Shown piece by piece: positions 29,657-32,000 of a DNA stretch of 32,000 bases (the stretch's first letter is position 1; each line of letters begins with the position of its first letter). The position numbers and the translations under genes are program-made. The notes under the pieces are model-generated. The model was not told the origin of the DNA and did no database searches. It saw nothing but the letters and a program-made list of their open reading frames with translations. This DNA comes from Cupriavidus necator (GTDB lineage Bacteria; Pseudomonadota; Gammaproteobacteria; Burkholderiales; Burkholderiaceae): NCBI RefSeq assembly GCF_016127575.1, contig NZ_CP066019.1, positions 2,490,001 to 2,522,000 of the forward strand, read 5' to 3'.

Positions 29657-29841
29657 CCTGCAGGCCGGACATGCGATTTTGTTCTAATGGCGAACCGCTG
29701 TTCTCCAATTGAACGGAATCTTAGGCAACGGGCATTGCGACTCAGAATTAGCGTTAACCCGGCGGGAAATTGGCCGTCCAGCATGTGGATTTCACCGGAA
29801 CGCGCCATTTTTTTGGAACCAGATTGAACATCTGGATCAGG

Positions 29842-29874
29842 GAACAGTGCTTTCTATCAGAAAACGAACTGTTC
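29842..29874. promoter_or_regulatory. Inverted repeat GAACAGT-N19-ACTGTTC inside the AT-rich 433-bp intergenic region; candidate operator
   Basis: 7-bp perfect arms read directly. The repeat encloses one of two CTATCAGA copies (29854-29861 and 29885-29892, 31 bp apart). Confidence 0.3.
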
Positions 29875-30089
29875 GTGAAATCTACTATCAGACTAGCCTT
29901 GCGGTATTTCGGCGGTATAACCAAATTTCATGCAAACAGCGCCAACTCTCAATTTACATTCCGAAACCCGCGACCTATAGTCCCTGGCCCCGGTGCGCCG
30001 AGCCGATGCAATCCTGCGGTGCCGTGCCTGTCCAATGTCTCAGGACACGCGGCGCCACAAGCCGCCGGCCCGAACAAATCCATCCGATC

Positions 30090-30290
30090 ATGCAACGCCT
30101 GCTTCTCATCCTTGGCTGCCTGCTGATCGCAGCCGCAGCTGCCTGGCCCTGGCTGTCGAAGCTGCCGCTCGGGCGGCTGCCCGGCGATATCCATATCGTC
30201 CGGGACGGGTTCAGCTTCTACTTTCCGATCACGACCTGCATCCTGGTGTCGGTGCTGGTGTCGGTCGTGATCTGGATCTTCCGGCGCTGA
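30090..30290 (+). CDS. Small membrane protein, DUF2905-like
   Basis: 66 aa from the ATG at 30090: MQRLLLILGCLLIAAAAAWPWLSKLPLGRLPGDIHIVRDGFSFYFPITTCILVSVLVSVVIWIFRR. It has two hydrophobic helices flanking a GRLPGDI motif. The track ORF 29709-30290 is a low-GC, non-coding-looking extension. Confidence 0.7.
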   Translation: MQRLLLILGCLLIAAAAAWPWLSKLPLGRLPGDIHIVRDGFSFYFPITTCILVSVLVSVVIWIFRR

Positions 30291-30305
30291 GCACTGCGTG
30301 GCGGA

Positions 30306-32000
30306 CTAGGCTTGCGCCTCGGTCCGGAACACCGCCACCGCCCGCTGCATATGCAGCGCCTGCTCCTGCAGCGACTGCGCCGCCGCGGCGGCCTCCTCCA
30401 CCAGCGCGGCGTTCTGCTGCGTGACCTGGTCCATCTGCGTCACCGCCTGGTTGACCTGGGCGATGCCGCTGCTCTGCTCGCGCGAGGCATGGCTGATCTC
30501 ATCCATCATCGCCGTCACGCGGCCGATGGCGGCAACGGTGTTCTCCATGGTCGCGGCAACGTCCAGCGCCAGCGTGTTGCCCGACGCCACGCGCTGCGCC
30601 GATTGCGAGATCAGCGTGCGGATCTCCTTGGCCGAGCTGCCGGCGCGCTGCGCCAGCCCGCGCACTTCGGTCGCCACCACCGCAAAGCCGCGGCCGGCCT
30701 CGCCCGCGCGCGCGGCCTCCACCGCCGCATTCAGCGCCAGGATATTGGTCTGGAAGGCAATGCCGTCGATCACCGCGATGATGTCGACGATGCGCCGCGA
30801 ATCGGCCTCGATCTCCTGCATGGTCTGCTGCATGCGCCCGACCGCGTCGCCGCCGGCGCGCGCCACGTCAGACGCCTCGCGCGCCAGCTCGCTGGCCTGG
30901 CCGGCATTGCTGGCGTTCTGCTGCACGGTGGCCGTCAGCTGCTCCATGCTGGCCGCGGTCTGCTCCAGCGACGAGGCCTGCTCCTCGGTGCGCTGCGACA
31001 GGTCGATATTGCCCTGCGCGATATCGCCCGCCGCCGCCAGCACGTTGTGTGCGCCGGCCTTGGTGTCGCCGATCAGCGCGCGCCAGCTGTCCACCAGCGA
31101 CAGCAGGTGCCGCTTGATCTCGCTCAGTTCATCGCGCCCGCGCACCGCGATGCGCAGGGTCAGGTCGCCCGCGTTGATGCGTTCGACCATCTCCGCCACC
31201 TGCCGCACGTCGCCGCGCGTGCCGCGGCTGAAGCCGATGAACAGGTAGAACGCGGCGGCCACGGTCACCAGCGCAATGCCCGCCAGCAACACGAACTGCC
31301 TTTCCTGCGCCGCGACACGCTGTGCCAGCATGGCGCCAGCGACCTCGGCAAACGCCTTGTTGGCGGCCGCCACGCCTTCGATGGCGGCGGTGGCCTCGTC
31401 GAAGTAAGTCTTGGCATCGATGTCGATGCCGGTCGCGCCCAGCATCCGGACCTTGAGCGTGCGATGGAAATTGTCCATCGCGGCGAGTCGCGCCAGCGCG
31501 GCGCCGATGCGCGGCCGGTACGCCGGTGCCGCGTTCCCGACGCGCGCGATGTCGCGCCGCACCGTTTCCAGCCCCTCGTGGATCTGCTCGGCGAGCGCGC
31601 CCAGACCCGCCTGCTGCGCGGCATCGGCATAGCCGCCCTGCGCGATGATGCCGGCCCCGCGGCCGCGCGCCAGCGCGCTCAGTTCGGCCAGGCGCGGCAT
31701 CGGGCCCACCAGCAGGCTGATCAGGTAGTAGGAGCCCGCTTCGCTGTCCAGCGCCAGTTGCGAGCGCTCAGCCACGTCGCCGATAAACGCCTGCGTCTGC
31801 CGCACCAGTGCGCTGTGGCGCTCGAACAGCGGCCCGGCCATGGTGTCCAGGCCAAGCCCGCGCAGATGCTGCCAGTCCTGCTCCAGCTTGCGCGCCCCGG
31901 CCCCGAGTTCGAAAGCAGGATTCTCCGCGATGCTGCGCGTCAGCCCCGCCAGGCTGGCCGCGGCCTTGTTGTCGGCCCCATCGAAGGTGGCGCGAAAGGC
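30306..32000 (-). CDS. Methyl-accepting chemotaxis protein, 5'-truncated by the window end
   Basis: Highly conserved signalling hairpin IIAVIDGIAFQTNILALNAAVEAARAGEAGRGFAVVATEVRGLA. A HAMP region follows the TM helix FVLLAGIALVTVAAAFYLFIGF. My manual translation shows the frame stays open from 31842 to 32000, so M at 31841 is not the true start. Confidence 0.93.
   Translation of the reverse strand, partial: AFRATFDGADNKAAASLAGLTRSIAENPAFELGAGARKLEQDWQHLRGLGLDTMAGPLFERHSALVRQTQAFIGDVAERSQLALDSEAGSYYLISLLVGPMPRLAELSALARGRGAGIIAQGGYADAAQQAGLGALAEQIHEGLETVRRDIARVGNAAPAYRPRIGAALARLAAMDNFHRTLKVRMLGATGIDIDAKTYFDEATAAIEGVAAANKAFAEVAGAMLAQRVAAQERQFVLLAGIALVTVAAAFYLFIGFSRGTRGDVRQVAEMVERINAGDLTLRIAVRGRDELSEIKRHLLSLVDSWRALIGDTKAGAHNVLAAAGDIAQGNIDLSQRTEEQASSLEQTAASMEQLTATVQQNASNAGQASELAREASDVARAGGDAVGRMQQTMQEIEADSRRIVDIIAVIDGIAFQTNILALNAAVEAARAGEAGRGFAVVATEVRGLAQRAGSSAKEIRTLISQSAQRVASGNTLALDVAATMENTVAAIGRVTAMMDEISHASREQSSGIAQVNQAVTQMDQVTQQNAALVEEAAAAAQSLQEQALHMQRAVAVFRTEAQA

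Noticed and set aside
29709-29722. FNR-like sequence TTGAAcggaATCTT, and TTGAAC...GGATCA at 29824-29839
   Set aside because: The first matches the TTGAT-N4-ATCAA consensus at only about 7 of 10 positions. The second has the wrong half-site spacing. No anaerobic gene lies adjacent.
29709-30089. Upstream 127 codons of the 193-aa ORF that ends as the DUF2905-like protein
   Set aside because: The sequence is low-GC with atypical composition (many C, R, I and Y codons). Only the last 66 codons look like a membrane protein with the GRLPGDI motif.
31839-31841. ATG at 31841 as the start of the chemoreceptor gene
   Set aside because: Manual translation of 31842-32000 in the same frame shows no stop codon. 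The region encodes helical sensor-like sequence and no TM1 has appeared yet, so the gene continues beyond the window.

Overview
High-GC betaproteobacterial DNA, Cupriavidus/Ralstonia-like. From memory the gene order matches Cupriavidus necator H16 chromosome 2, where a beta-carbonic anhydrase follows the nar genes and nirS lies a few genes downstream; I cannot verify this here. The window is densely coding and holds three recognisable metabolic blocks. (1) The 3' part of a respiratory nitrate reductase operon: narG (5' truncated), narH, narJ and narI, followed by a PpiC-type parvulin, a beta-carbonic anhydrase and mobB. (2) A complete cytochrome cd1 nitrite reductase and heme d1 biosynthesis operon, nirS-C-F-(DL fusion)-G-H-J-N-E, preceded by a good FNR/Dnr-type box. 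(3) A protocatechuate/4-hydroxybenzoate block: pobA/pobR, then pcaQ divergent from pcaH-G-B-(pcaD::pcaC fusion), and a PcaK-like MFS transporter. After that come a small DUF2905-like membrane protein and a methyl-accepting chemotaxis protein that runs off the window end. Between the nar and nir blocks sits a poorly characterised cassette: a LysR regulator plus a conserved hypothetical protein, divergent from a Bug/TctC binding protein and a LeuC/LeuD-like hydro-lyase. I found no tRNA, rRNA, CRISPR array, IS element, integrase, phage gene or recognisable defence genes. I see no convincing evidence for a wholly new system. The least-understood parts are the LysR/hypothetical/Bug/LeuCD cassette, the accessory genes appended to narGHJI, and a 433-bp AT-rich non-coding region at 29657-30089. 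The many long Ala/Arg/Gly-rich ORFs antisense to or out of frame with these genes are treated as GC-driven shadow ORFs.
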